In this document: positions 9,458-17,971 of the stretch, in pieces
How the letters are laid out: the number at the start of each line of letters is the position of its first letter
How positions within the stretch are numbered: the stretch's first letter is position 1
Source: Gaiellales bacterium
GTDB lineage: Bacteria; Actinomycetota; Thermoleophilia; Gaiellales; JAICJC01
Length of the DNA: 64,000 bases
Assembly: GCA_045806525.1 (NCBI GenBank)
Contig: JBJMJD010000050.1
Coordinates: 21,177-85,176, forward strand
Reading direction: 5' to 3'
The notes under the pieces: generated by a model
The model's input: only the letters and a program-made list of their open reading frames with translations
The model's database searches: none
Told to the model about the DNA's origin: nothing
Program-made: the position numbers and the translations under genes

Positions 9458-10341
9458 GATGCATCCTCGCTGCTCGTCGTCTCCTGCTCGGCCGCGACCG
9501 CGACCGGCGCCTCCTCGGCGGCGGGCTGGTCCTCGCTGCCGCTCGCCGCGGCCTCAGCTTCAGCCGCGGCCGCCGCGGCCGCCTCCGCCTCCGCCGCAGC
9601 CGCCTCCTCGGCCGCACGGCGTGCCGCCTCGGCCTCCATCTCCGCGGCCCGCACTTTCAGCTGGCCCTCGGCGACGGCGTCGGCCAACACTCGCACGATC
9701 AGGCCGGTGGAGCGGATCGCGTCGTCGTTTCCCGGGACGATGAAGTCGGCGTCGTCGGGGTCGCAGTTGGTGTCGACCAGGCCGATCACCGTGATGCCCA
9801 GCCGGCGCGCCTCGCGCACGGCCAGGGCCTCCTTCTTCATATCGATCACGACCACCGCGTCGGGCAGCTTGCGCGTGTCGGCCAGGCCGCCAAGGTTGGT
9901 CTCGAGCTTTTCGAGCTCGGCGATGGTGCTCTGACGCTCCTTGGAGGGCAGCAGCTCGAGCTGGCCCTCGGCCTTCTGCCGGCGCAGCTCGTGCAGCGCG
10001 GCGATGCGATCCTGGATGGTGCGGTAGTTCGTGAGCAAGCCGCCCAGCCAGCGGTGGTTGACGTAGGGCTGCCCCACCCGGCGGGCCTGCTCCTCGATGG
10101 CGTCCTGGGCCTGCTTCTTGGTGCCCACGAACAGCACCGTGCCGTTGCGCTCGGCGATGTTGCGGACGTAGTCGTAAGCGTCCTGCAGCATCACGATCGA
10201 CTGCTGCAGGTCGATGATGTAGATGCCGCCGCGCTCGCCGAAGATGAAGCGGCGCATCTTCGGGTTCCAGCGCCGTGTCTGGTGGCCGAAGTGGACGCCG
10301 GCCTCCAGCAGCTCTCGCATGGTGACTGCGGTTGTGGGCAC
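9454..10341 (-). CDS. rpsB: 30S ribosomal protein S2 with Ala/Glu-rich C-terminal tail
   Basis: MRELLEAGVHFGHQTRRWNPKM signature. Start placed at GTG 10341, which has AAGGAGG 7 nt upstream. ORF track start is 10362. Confidence 0.95.
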   Translation of the reverse strand: MPTTAVTMRELLEAGVHFGHQTRRWNPKMRRFIFGERGGIYIIDLQQSIVMLQDAYDYVRNIAERNGTVLFVGTKKQAQDAIEEQARRVGQPYVNHRWLGGLLTNYRTIQDRIAALHELRRQKAEGQLELLPSKERQSTIAELEKLETNLGGLADTRKLPDAVVVIDMKKEALAVREARRLGITVIGLVDTNCDPDDADFIVPGNDDAIRSTGLIVRVLADAVAEGQLKVRAAEMEAEAARRAAEEAAAAEAEAAAAAAAEAEAAASGSEDQPAAEEAPVAVAAEQETTSSEDAS

Positions 10342-10478
10342 GCAATCGCCTCCTTGAAACATGGTTGATGGGTATGTAGCCGGCGGAGACGACCGGAGCC
10401 TCGCAGCTGCGCAGAGGCACCACCGGGCGACTGTTGCCCGCCGGGGAGAGGGTTGACGAACGGAAACGCCCGTCGATT

Positions 10479-11396
10479 CTAGCCGAAACCCGGTTGCGCC
10501 CGGACCGCGCCGCCCTGCGCCAGCTCAAGCGCCGCCGACAGGTCGGGCGGCAGCGGCGAGCCGACGTCGATCTGCTCGCCGCTCCACGGATGCGGGAACC
10601 GCAGCCGCGCGGCGTGCAGGAACTGGCGCTCGAGGCCGAGCTCGGGGCCGTGCCCGTAGACGCGGTCGCCCACCACCGGGCAGCCGATCGCCGCCAGGTG
10701 CACGCGGATCTGATGGGTGCGGCCGGTCTCGAGCTCCACATCCAGCAACGTGCGGCCCTCGCACAGCTCCGCGATCGTGAAGTGGGTGACGGCCGGCCTG
10801 GCCACATCCGAGTCGAGCGAGACGCGGGTCGGATCGCGCCGGTCGCGGCCGATCGGCGCCTCGATGGTGCCGCGGCGCGAGGCCGGGCGGCCGCGCACCA
10901 GCGCCGTGTAGCTGCGGTGGATGCGCCGCCGGCGCAGGAGCGACTGCAACCGCGCCAGGGTGCGGTCGTCGCGCGCGACCACCAGCAGGCCGGAGGTGTC
11001 GCGATCGAGCCGGTGCACGATCCCCGGCCGCGGGCCCTCGCCGCCGATCTCGTGCAGCAGGCCGTGCACCAGCGTCGGCCCGGCGTATCCCGGCACCGGG
11101 TGCACGAGCAGCCCGGCCGGCTTGTCGACCACCAGCAGGTGGTGGTCTCGGTAGACCACAGGGATGTCCATCTGCTGGGGCACCAGCTCGGACATGACCG
11201 GCTCCGGCGCAGGGAACGAGACCGTCTGGCCGGCCGCGAGCTTGTGCGACTTGGGCCGGGAGCGGCCGTCCACCATGACCGCGCCGGTCTCGATCAAGCG
11301 CTCGGCGGCAGCGCGCGATCCGACCTCCTCCAGCGACGCCAGGAACCGGTCGAGACGGCCGCCGACGGCGTCGTCCGGCACCGTCAGCGAGTGCAT
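10479..11396 (-). CDS. rluD: RluA/RluD-family 23S rRNA pseudouridine synthase (S4 domain plus catalytic domain)
   Basis: 305 aa. HRLDRDTSGLLV catalytic Asp motif. Follows lspA as in many bacteria. ATG overlaps the lspA stop (ATGA). Confidence 0.9.
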   Translation of the reverse strand: MHSLTVPDDAVGGRLDRFLASLEEVGSRAAAERLIETGAVMVDGRSRPKSHKLAAGQTVSFPAPEPVMSELVPQQMDIPVVYRDHHLLVVDKPAGLLVHPVPGYAGPTLVHGLLHEIGGEGPRPGIVHRLDRDTSGLLVVARDDRTLARLQSLLRRRRIHRSYTALVRGRPASRRGTIEAPIGRDRRDPTRVSLDSDVARPAVTHFTIAELCEGRTLLDVELETGRTHQIRVHLAAIGCPVVGDRVYGHGPELGLERQFLHAARLRFPHPWSGEQIDVGSPLPPDLSAALELAQGGAVRAQPGFG

Positions 11397-11878
11397 CAGA
11401 ACAGCCCGCCGGGTGGGCCGCCCGGCGCGGCGGAGGCGCGATGGTCGAGCCGGCCCAGCCCTACCAGCAGCAGCACCACGCCGACCACGATGAAGCAGTC
11501 GGCCAGGTTGAACGTGGGCCAGTGCGAGACGTGGATGAAGTCGGTGACGTAGCCGTTGGTGATGCGGTCGAACAGGTTCGACACGCTGCCGCCGATCAGG
11601 AAGCCGAGCGCGACCGGGAACAGCACGTGGCGCGAGCCCGATTTCGCGAAGTGGGCCAGCATCCAGACCACCGCCAGCGCCGTCAGCAGGGACACCAGCT
11701 CCAGCCGGCCGGGGAAGATGCCGAACGCGATGCCGGTGTTGCGCAGGTGCGTGATCTCCAGGAAGGGCAGCACCCGGTGGCCGTCACCGAGCGCGATCCG
11801 GTCGACGATCAGGTGCTTGGTGACCTGGTCCGCGACGACGACGGCGGCAGCCACGGCCAGCAGGCCCGCCCACTGCAA
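11396..11878 (-). CDS. lspA: lipoprotein signal peptidase II
   Basis: NTGIAFG and DFI...FNLAD motifs. The start is uncertain: TTG 11878 gives 160 aa, while ORF track start 12025 would overlap the upstream gene by 100 nt. Confidence 0.8.
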   Translation of the reverse strand: MQWAGLLAVAAAVVVADQVTKHLIVDRIALGDGHRVLPFLEITHLRNTGIAFGIFPGRLELVSLLTALAVVWMLAHFAKSGSRHVLFPVALGFLIGGSVSNLFDRITNGYVTDFIHVSHWPTFNLADCFIVVGVVLLLVGLGRLDHRASAAPGGPPGGLF

Positions 11879-11925
11879 CGAGCCCGCGGAGCGCGGCGAC
11901 GGCTCCAGCGGGGGGAGTTGCTCGA

Positions 11926-12288
11926 TCAGCCCCGTTCCTCGAGCCGTTTGCACTCGATGCACTTGGTCGCGTATGGCAGCGCCTCCAGCCGCTCCTCCGA
12001 GATCGGTTCGGTGCAGCGCTCGCACCTGCCATAGGAGCCGGCTTCGATCCTGCCGAGCGCGGCGTCGATGCGGGCCAGCAGGTGCTCGGCGTTGTCCTCG
12101 AGCGACTGCTCGATCTCGCGGTCGACGGTCTCGCTGGCGCTGTCGGCCAGGTGCGAGTCGTTGCCGTCCTCGTCGGTCTGATCCTCGAGCGAGTGCGACA
12201 GATCGTCCTGGAGGGCCTGCATCTCCGAGGTCACGCGATGGCGCTCCGCCAGCAGCCGGTCACGAGCGGAATCGATGTCGACAGTCAT
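11926..12288 (-). CDS. TraR/DksA-family C4 zinc-finger protein
   Basis: C-terminal CERCTEPISEERLEALPYATKCIECK (CxxC-N17-CxxC) preceded by a coiled coil. Start placed at ATG 12288, which has GGAGGTG 6 nt upstream. Confidence 0.8.
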   Translation of the reverse strand: MTVDIDSARDRLLAERHRVTSEMQALQDDLSHSLEDQTDEDGNDSHLADSASETVDREIEQSLEDNAEHLLARIDAALGRIEAGSYGRCERCTEPISEERLEALPYATKCIECKRLEERG

Positions 12289-12476
12289 GCCCCCACCTCC
12301 TGCCACGGCTTGCGCCCGTCAGCGTAGCGCCCGGCGGTTGCCGAGCGGCGGGCGCCGGGTGAGACGCGGAGCGAAAATCGGGTACGGGTGAGGGTCACGA
12401 CGGGGCTGGCGAGGGATGCTCAAACCAGCGCCCAGTATAGCCAGGGCGGGTCGTCCGAAGACCGCCGCAAGGCGGC

Positions 12477-12962
12477 CTATCCAGCCACGGTCAGCTCGCC
12501 GGCGGGCTCGGCGATCATCTCCTCATGGTCGCGCACCGACTGCAGGGTGGTGCCCAGCAGCGTTCGCAGCCGCGTGCGGAATCGCCGCTCGTCGGCACGC
12601 AGGCGCTCGACCTCGCGCCGCACCTGCTCGCGTTCGGCGTAGGTCTTGTGGATGATCTCGCGTGCGCGCGCCTCGGCCTCGCGGACGATCAGCTCGGCGT
12701 CACGGCCGGCGGCCGCGCGCAGCTCGTCGGCCGTGCGCTGGGCCGTCACGAGCGCGTCGCGCATCGCGTGCTCGGTGTCGCGGAGCTCGCCCAGCGAGGT
12801 CTCCAGCTCGTGTACCCGGTCCTCCAGGTCGGCGCGGTCGCGCCACACGGTCTCGAACGCGGAGGTGGCGTGGGTCATGATCTCGTCGACTTCGGAGACG
12901 CGGTAGCCGATGAACGTCCGCTTGGGACGCTGGTGCCTGAGTTCTGCGGGTGAGAGAGACAT
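12477..12962 (-). CDS. divIVA: DivIVA-domain cell-division/polarity protein
   Basis: MSLSPAELRHQRPKRTFIGYRVSEVDEIM... is the N-terminal DivIVA lipid-binding motif, followed by a coiled coil. Only the last 161 aa of ORF 12477..14117 look coding. Confidence 0.85.
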   Translation of the reverse strand: MSLSPAELRHQRPKRTFIGYRVSEVDEIMTHATSAFETVWRDRADLEDRVHELETSLGELRDTEHAMRDALVTAQRTADELRAAAGRDAELIVREAEARAREIIHKTYAEREQVRREVERLRADERRFRTRLRTLLGTTLQSVRDHEEMIAEPAGELTVAG

Positions 12963-12997
12963 GCCATCCGGTTTCGACGACCGCGCCCCCAGTCCTG

Positions 12998-13273
12998 CTA
13001 CTCCAGGTTGGTCAGGATGTTGGCGAGGATCTGGTAGACCAGGCCCAGCACGATCAGCGCCACGATCGGCGACAGGTCGAACGCGCCGATCGGCGGGATC
13101 ATGCGGCGAAACAGCCCCAGGTAGGGCTCGACCGTGTCGTGCAGGAACGTCCGCACCCGGCCGATCCACACGTTGTAGGGCAGCTGCACCCACGACATGA
13201 TGATGTAGAGCAGGATCAGGATCGTGTACACGTAGTACAGAGCCGTCAGGAAGCTGACGAGGGTGGAGATCAC
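12998..13273 (-). CDS. yggT: YggT-family integral membrane protein
   Basis: 91 aa with two transmembrane segments. Position between proC and divIVA matches the conserved sepF-yggT-divIVA context. Confidence 0.85.
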   Translation of the reverse strand: MISTLVSFLTALYYVYTILILLYIIMSWVQLPYNVWIGRVRTFLHDTVEPYLGLFRRMIPPIGAFDLSPIVALIVLGLVYQILANILTNLE

Positions 13274-13279
13274 GGCCGG

Positions 13280-14092
13280 CTAGCCTAGCTCGCCGGCACG
13301 GCGCATGGCCGCCACGACCCCGTCGATGATGGCGCCGCGCACGCCCTGGCGCTCCATCTCGGCCAGGCCGGCCGCGGCGGTGCCGCCCGGCGAGGTGACC
13401 ATCCGCCGCAGCGCGCTGGCCGGCATGTCGTCCTCGCGCATAAGGCCGGCGGTGCCGGTGACCGTGGTCAGGATCAGGGCACGGGCGTCGGCGTAGCTGA
13501 GCCCGCTGACGATGCCGGCGTCCTCGAACGCCTCGATGATCAGCGCCAGGAAGGCGGGGCCGGAGCCGGACAGGGCGGTGGCGGCGTCGAAAGCGCGCTC
13601 CTCCAGCCGCACCACCTCGCCCAGCAGCCCGAACGCCTCCAGCACCTGCTGCTCGGCGGCGGTGTCGATGAACCGGCCGGCCGAGTAGGCGAGCGTGCCC
13701 ATGCCGACCTGCACGCCCACATTGGGCATGAAGCGGAAGACGGGGGCGTCCACGTCGAGGATCGTCTCCAGCGTGGACGTGGGCACGCCGGCAGCCACCG
13801 ACGCGATCGCCTTGGTGGGCGTGATCAGCTCGCTCACCTCTCGCAGCACCCGCTCGACGTCGACCGGCTTCACGCACAGCACCACCAGGTCGGCCTGGGA
13901 CGCCACCTCCGCGTTGTGCTCGAGGTGCCGCACGCCGTGGTGCTCGGCCAGGGCGGCGGCGCGGCCGGAGCCGCGGTCGGTGACCAGGATCCGCCCGGCA
14001 ATGTCCGGATCGGCCCGCACCCAGCCGCGCACCATCGCCGATGCCATGTTGCCGGCACCGAGCAGGCCGAGGGTGAACGAGGAGGAGGCCAC
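13280..14092 (-). CDS. proC: pyrroline-5-carboxylate reductase
   Basis: LGLLGAGNMASAM Rossmann N-terminus and C-terminal SPGGTTAAGL motif. ORF 13280..14821 trimmed to GTG 14092. Confidence 0.9.
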   Translation of the reverse strand: MASSSFTLGLLGAGNMASAMVRGWVRADPDIAGRILVTDRGSGRAAALAEHHGVRHLEHNAEVASQADLVVLCVKPVDVERVLREVSELITPTKAIASVAAGVPTSTLETILDVDAPVFRFMPNVGVQVGMGTLAYSAGRFIDTAAEQQVLEAFGLLGEVVRLEERAFDAATALSGSGPAFLALIIEAFEDAGIVSGLSYADARALILTTVTGTAGLMREDDMPASALRRMVTSPGGTAAAGLAEMERQGVRGAIIDGVVAAMRRAGELG

Positions 14093-14136
14093 GAGGCCAA
14101 AGAGCGTACCGGAACACCGTCCCCTACAGTCCGGCC

Positions 14137-15018
14137 ATGGTGACCATCCCGCCGCAGCTGGACGAGAACATCCGCAGCTGGCACGGCCAGGAGGGAGCGG
14201 ACTGGCTGGCGGCGCTGCCCACGGCGGTGGCCGGGCTCGCCGCCCGCTGGGAGCTGACGGTCGGGCAGCCGTTCGGCGACGACGGCGCCGTCTCCTGGGT
14301 GGCGCCGGCCACCACGACGGGCGGCTTGGAGGCGGTGCTGAAGGTGTTCCTGCCCGACCTCGAGAACCGGCATGAGGCCGACGCGCTGCGCCACTACGGC
14401 GGCCGCGGCGCGGTGCGGCTGCTGGACGCCGAGACAGGGGCGCTCCTGCTGGAGCGGCTGTGGCCGGGCACGAGCCTCTGGCAGCTCGAGGACGATGACG
14501 AGGCGGCGCGGATCGTGGTGGGCCTGCTCGAGCAGCTCTGGCACGCTCCCGCCGACGGTCATCCGTTCCGCACCCTGGCCGGCGATGCGGTGCGCTGGTC
14601 GACCGGCATCCCGGAGGCGTGGGCGGCCCTGCGCGAGCCGTTCGAGCGGGAGCTGGCCGACCTTGGCGGGACGCTCGCGGCGGAGCTGGCGCGGTCGCAG
14701 GGCGAGCAGGTGGTGTTGCACCAGGATCTGCACGGCGGCAACGTGCTGCGGGCGGAGCGATCGCCGTGGCTGGCGATCGACCCCAAGCCGCTGGTGGGCG
14801 AGCGCGAGTTCGACCTGGCATCGCTGATCCGGGACACGCGCGAGCGCATCGACGAGCGGCTGGTGCGGCGGCGGCTGGATCTGCTGTCAGAGCTGCTGGG
14901 GCTCGACCGCGAGCGGGTGCGCTGCTGGGCGATCGTGCACGCGTTGGCGTGGGGCGTCGAGGGCGATCAGGCGGACGCGGCGATGATCATGTGCGCGCGA
15001 TGGTTGGCCCGCATGTAG
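14137..15018 (+). CDS. aminoglycoside/hydroxyurea-resistance kinase family protein (APH(6)/streptomycin 6-kinase-like)
   Basis: 293 aa. VVLHQDLHGGNVL catalytic loop, AIDPKPLVGEREFD, and an N-terminal WL..LP....LA.RW pattern typical of the APH(6) family. Confidence 0.75.
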   Translation: MVTIPPQLDENIRSWHGQEGADWLAALPTAVAGLAARWELTVGQPFGDDGAVSWVAPATTTGGLEAVLKVFLPDLENRHEADALRHYGGRGAVRLLDAETGALLLERLWPGTSLWQLEDDDEAARIVVGLLEQLWHAPADGHPFRTLAGDAVRWSTGIPEAWAALREPFERELADLGGTLAAELARSQGEQVVLHQDLHGGNVLRAERSPWLAIDPKPLVGEREFDLASLIRDTRERIDERLVRRRLDLLSELLGLDRERVRCWAIVHALAWGVEGDQADAAMIMCARWLARM

Positions 15019-15037
15019 GGCCGACGGACGCGCTGAC

Positions 15038-15577
15038 TCAGTACTGGTTGAAGAACCCGCGCTCCATCAACGAGGCCTTATCCTCAGCTGAGACGGTCAC
15101 GTGCGCGGGGGTGAGCAGGAACACCCGGTCGGCGACGCGCTGCATGGCGCCATCCAGTGCGTAGGTGAGCCCGCTCGAGAAGTCGATCAGCCGCTTGGCC
15201 AGATCCGAGTCCGCCGCCTGAAGGTTGATGATCACCGGCACGTCGGCCTTCAGCTTGTCGGCCACCTTCTGCGCGTCGTTGAACGACTTCGGCACGATCA
15301 GCTCCACCTGCGCCGCGTGGCGCTGGCCGCCGTTCTGCGCGGCGGGGTGCCGCCCGCGGCCGCGCTGCGGAGGCGGCTCGTCCGAGAAGATGTCGTCGAA
15401 GTCGGCACCCGAGCGGCGTCGCGGGTTCAGCCGGCGGACGTTCGGACGCTCGTTGTAGCGGCTCTCGAGGTCCTCATGGGCCGCGGAGCCGTCGTCGTCG
15501 AAGTAGTCATCCTCCCAGTCCTCCTCCTTGATGCCGAAGTAGACCTGGGTGCGCTGCCACATGTCCTTTACACTCAT
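15038..15577 (-). CDS. sepF: cell division protein SepF
   Basis: 179 aa. Conserved C-terminal domain (IVPKSFNDAQKVADKLKADVPVIINL...RLIDFSSGLTYALDG). GAGGAG lies upstream of the ATG. Confidence 0.9.
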   Translation of the reverse strand: MSVKDMWQRTQVYFGIKEEDWEDDYFDDDGSAAHEDLESRYNERPNVRRLNPRRRSGADFDDIFSDEPPPQRGRGRHPAAQNGGQRHAAQVELIVPKSFNDAQKVADKLKADVPVIINLQAADSDLAKRLIDFSSGLTYALDGAMQRVADRVFLLTPAHVTVSAEDKASLMERGFFNQY

Positions 15578-15589
15578 GCGCTCCTCACT

Positions 15590-16243
15590 TTACCGCCCAT
15601 ACAGGACGCTCCCCACCCGTACGATCGTCGCGCCCTCCGCCGCAGCCGCCGCGTAGTCCTGGCTTGTGCCCATCGAGAGCTCCCGGAATTCGTGGCGTCC
15701 CTGCCAGGCCGGCGCCAGGCGATCGCGCAGCTCGCGGAGCGCCGCGAACCAGGGCCGTGCCTCGTTCGGGTCGTGCACCAGTGGCGGCATCGTCATCAGG
15801 CCGTCGAACCGGACACGCTCCAGCGTCGCGACGTCATCGAGGAACCCGTCCACCTGCTGGAGCCCCACGCCAGCCTTGGTGTCCTCGCCGGCCACGTTCA
15901 CCTGCAGCAGGCAGTCCACCGAGCTCTGCGCCTGGTCCTGCATCCGGCGGCAAGCGGAGAGCGAGTCGACAGCGTGGATCAGCCGCACGCGTCCGGCGAT
16001 GTCGCGCACCTTGCGGCTCTGCACGTGGCCGATGAAGTCCCAGGTGAACAGGTCGCGGTGCGCCTCCTGCTTGGCGATCAGCGCGTCTGACCGGTTCTCG
16101 CCGACCAGGCGCACGCCACCCTCGTGCAGCGCAGGCAGGTCGTCGGCATCGACGTACTTGGTGGCTGCCAGGATCTGCACGTCCGGTCCCACCCGCTCGC
16201 GCACAAGCGCCAGGTTCTCCGCGATCACGGCCGGGTCAAGCAA
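15590..16243 (-). CDS. yggS: YggS-family pyridoxal-phosphate homeostasis protein
   Basis: ILAATKYV (PLP Lys), HFIGHVQSRK-like motif and LSMGTSQDY. Start is TTG 16243 or GTG 16228. ORF track start 16354 would overlap pgeF. Confidence 0.85.
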   Translation of the reverse strand: MLDPAVIAENLALVRERVGPDVQILAATKYVDADDLPALHEGGVRLVGENRSDALIAKQEAHRDLFTWDFIGHVQSRKVRDIAGRVRLIHAVDSLSACRRMQDQAQSSVDCLLQVNVAGEDTKAGVGLQQVDGFLDDVATLERVRFDGLMTMPPLVHDPNEARPWFAALRELRDRLAPAWQGRHEFRELSMGTSQDYAAAAAEGATIVRVGSVLYGR

Positions 16244-17003
16244 GCAGCCCCACCACCCCCTGCCGGCCGGTGACGCCGTGGTCGCGCCGGTGCGAGAAGT
16301 AGCGATCCTCGCTGCAGATCGTGCACTCGCCGGCAACCGCCACCTGCTGGACACCGCTCGTGCGAAGCGCGCGCTCGGCGCACAGCCACAGGTCGGCGCG
16401 GCCGTCTCGGACGACGTCCTCTCCGAAGCGGCGGGTCAGCGGGCCGGCCACGTCGTCGCCCACCTCGTAGCAGCACGGCCCCGCCCCCGGCCCGATCGCG
16501 GCCACCGCCTCGCCGCCGACCGTCGCCACACCGGCCTCGATCACGCCGGCCTCGATGCCACGCCAGCCGGCGTGCAGCAGCGCCAGCCGGCTGCCGTCGG
16601 CGGCCGCGATCGCGAGCGGCAGACAGTCGGCGGTGAGCAGGGTCAGCGCCCGGCCGCGGATGCTGGTGACCAGGCCGTCAGACTTGGGGAACGGCTCGGC
16701 GCCCGGCTGCAGGAAGCGTCCCGTGGCCGGATCGTCGGTCACCTCGCGGATGTCGGTGCCGTGCACCTGCCAGGCCATGGTCGCGGTGGCGCCGTCGCCG
16801 CCGGCACCGGCCACGGCCCGCCGCCGGTTCTCGGCCACGTTCGGCGCGTCGTCCGCCGTCAGCGCGCCCAGGTTGAGCGACGCGAAGGCACCCGACGAGA
16901 CGCCGCCGTGACGGCAGGTGAAGGAGACGCGCACGCCGGCCGGCGCGGCCGCCCAGTCGAGCAGCGCCAGCGGCTCCTGACGCCAGGCCAGGCCGGCGCT
17001 CAC
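16236..17003 (-). CDS. pgeF: YfiH/PgeF family (purine nucleoside phosphorylase / peptidoglycan editing, 'laccase domain')
   Basis: TADCLPL, LHAGWRG and CTICSEDRYFSHRRD motifs. Trimmed to GTG 17003, which overlaps the stop of the upstream ORF (GTGA). Confidence 0.85.
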   Translation of the reverse strand: MSAGLAWRQEPLALLDWAAAPAGVRVSFTCRHGGVSSGAFASLNLGALTADDAPNVAENRRRAVAGAGGDGATATMAWQVHGTDIREVTDDPATGRFLQPGAEPFPKSDGLVTSIRGRALTLLTADCLPLAIAAADGSRLALLHAGWRGIEAGVIEAGVATVGGEAVAAIGPGAGPCCYEVGDDVAGPLTRRFGEDVVRDGRADLWLCAERALRTSGVQQVAVAGECTICSEDRYFSHRRDHGVTGRQGVVGLLA

Positions 17004-17971
17004 AGCACCACCTCGACGCCCGGCACCTGCATCCGGCTGGCGTACTCGTAGGCGCAGCTGCCGGCCGAGAGCCGCGCCGCCCGCGACCAGCCGCGCACCG
17101 TCCGTCGGCGCACCTCGACCTCGATCACTGCGTGGTCGGCGGCGTAGGCGTACACGCGGCCGCCGTCGGGGTCGCGGTAGGAGACGCCGACCATGTCCGC
17201 AAGCGCGCAGTGCACCTCGCCCTCGATGCTGAGGAACGGCCCGCGGATCGTGAACCGGTAGCGGTTCGGCTCGATGGTGGCGCGCGCCGCCAGCCCGCGG
17301 AGCGCGCCGTGCAGCTCGTGACGCTCGCCCTGAGCGACCACCGCGCCGGTCGAGATCACCGGCGTGTGCTTGCCGAGAGTGTCGTAGCGGCGGCTGAACA
17401 CCTCGACGAAGTCGTCCGGGGATGCAAACGCGTTGCAGTGCACCCGCGCTGAGGCCTCCGCGTGGCGGTTGCCCCATGCGTGCAGCTGATGGGCCGGCCA
17501 CGAGCGCACCTCCAGGTCGCGCGATCCGATCGCGAAGGTGCCGCTGGCGCGGATCGTCGGCTGGCTGACCACGATCTCGGCGCGTCTCCGCCTGCCGCCA
17601 CCGCCCCCGTAGCCGAACGGCTCGCCGGTCGGCGACCAGCGCAGGTCCCAGCGCGCCTCGTCGACGCGGCCGCTGGCGCTGGCCACATCCAGCGAGCTGG
17701 GGCCGAGCGTGAGCGGGAAGCCGCCGGCGCCGGTTCGGAACTGGTCGATCGAGAAGCTCTGGCGGCGGGCATAGGCGACGCCGTCGGGGTCGCGGCCGAC
17801 GAACCACAGCTCGGCGGTGGACTCGCCGGGAGCGGCCTCCGGCGGCACGTGGAAGCTGTGGCGGATCCACGCCGACGCGGCGCTGTGCGGATCGCCGAGC
17901 CGCAGGTGCCAGGCCTCGTAGTGACCCGGCTGGCCGCGCCAGCGGCTGGCGTTGGCGGTGCTCAGCCTCAT
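17000..17971 (-). CDS. hypothetical protein (323 aa), no family recognised
   Basis: Last 323 aa of ORF 17000..18361, from ATG 17971 (MRLSTANASRWRGQPGHYEAWHLRL...). High GC3. ATGA overlap with the upstream gene and GTGA overlap with pgeF. Confidence 0.6.
   Translation of the reverse strand: MRLSTANASRWRGQPGHYEAWHLRLGDPHSAASAWIRHSFHVPPEAAPGESTAELWFVGRDPDGVAYARRQSFSIDQFRTGAGGFPLTLGPSSLDVASASGRVDEARWDLRWSPTGEPFGYGGGGGRRRRAEIVVSQPTIRASGTFAIGSRDLEVRSWPAHQLHAWGNRHAEASARVHCNAFASPDDFVEVFSRRYDTLGKHTPVISTGAVVAQGERHELHGALRGLAARATIEPNRYRFTIRGPFLSIEGEVHCALADMVGVSYRDPDGGRVYAYAADHAVIEVEVRRRTVRGWSRAARLSAGSCAYEYASRMQVPGVEVVL

Noticed and set aside
10363-10481. rpsB 5' leader with a TAGAAT -10-like hexamer (10481..10476, overlapping the rluD stop codon) and GC-rich stems
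   Set aside because: There is no convincing -35, and I cannot verify an S2 autoregulatory leader structure by eye. Left as a note rather than a feature.
12462-12475. CCGCC-GCAA-GGCGG tetraloop hairpin immediately after the divIVA stop, overlapping an alternative GGCGG...CCGCC pairing
   Set aside because: The stem is short with no U-tract. It is plausible as a weak terminator or stabiliser, but it cannot be told apart from chance GC-rich complementarity.
12477-14821. N-terminal extensions of ORF-track entries, for example 12477..14117 (546 aa), 13280..14821 (513 aa), 16236..17870, 20583..22247, 25973..27949 and 36738..38018
   Set aside because: The homologous part begins far downstream. The extensions overlap upstream genes, are Arg/Pro/Ala junk, and in most of these cases a GTG or ATG start lies in a 4-nt overlap with the preceding stop. 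These ORFs were trimmed accordingly.
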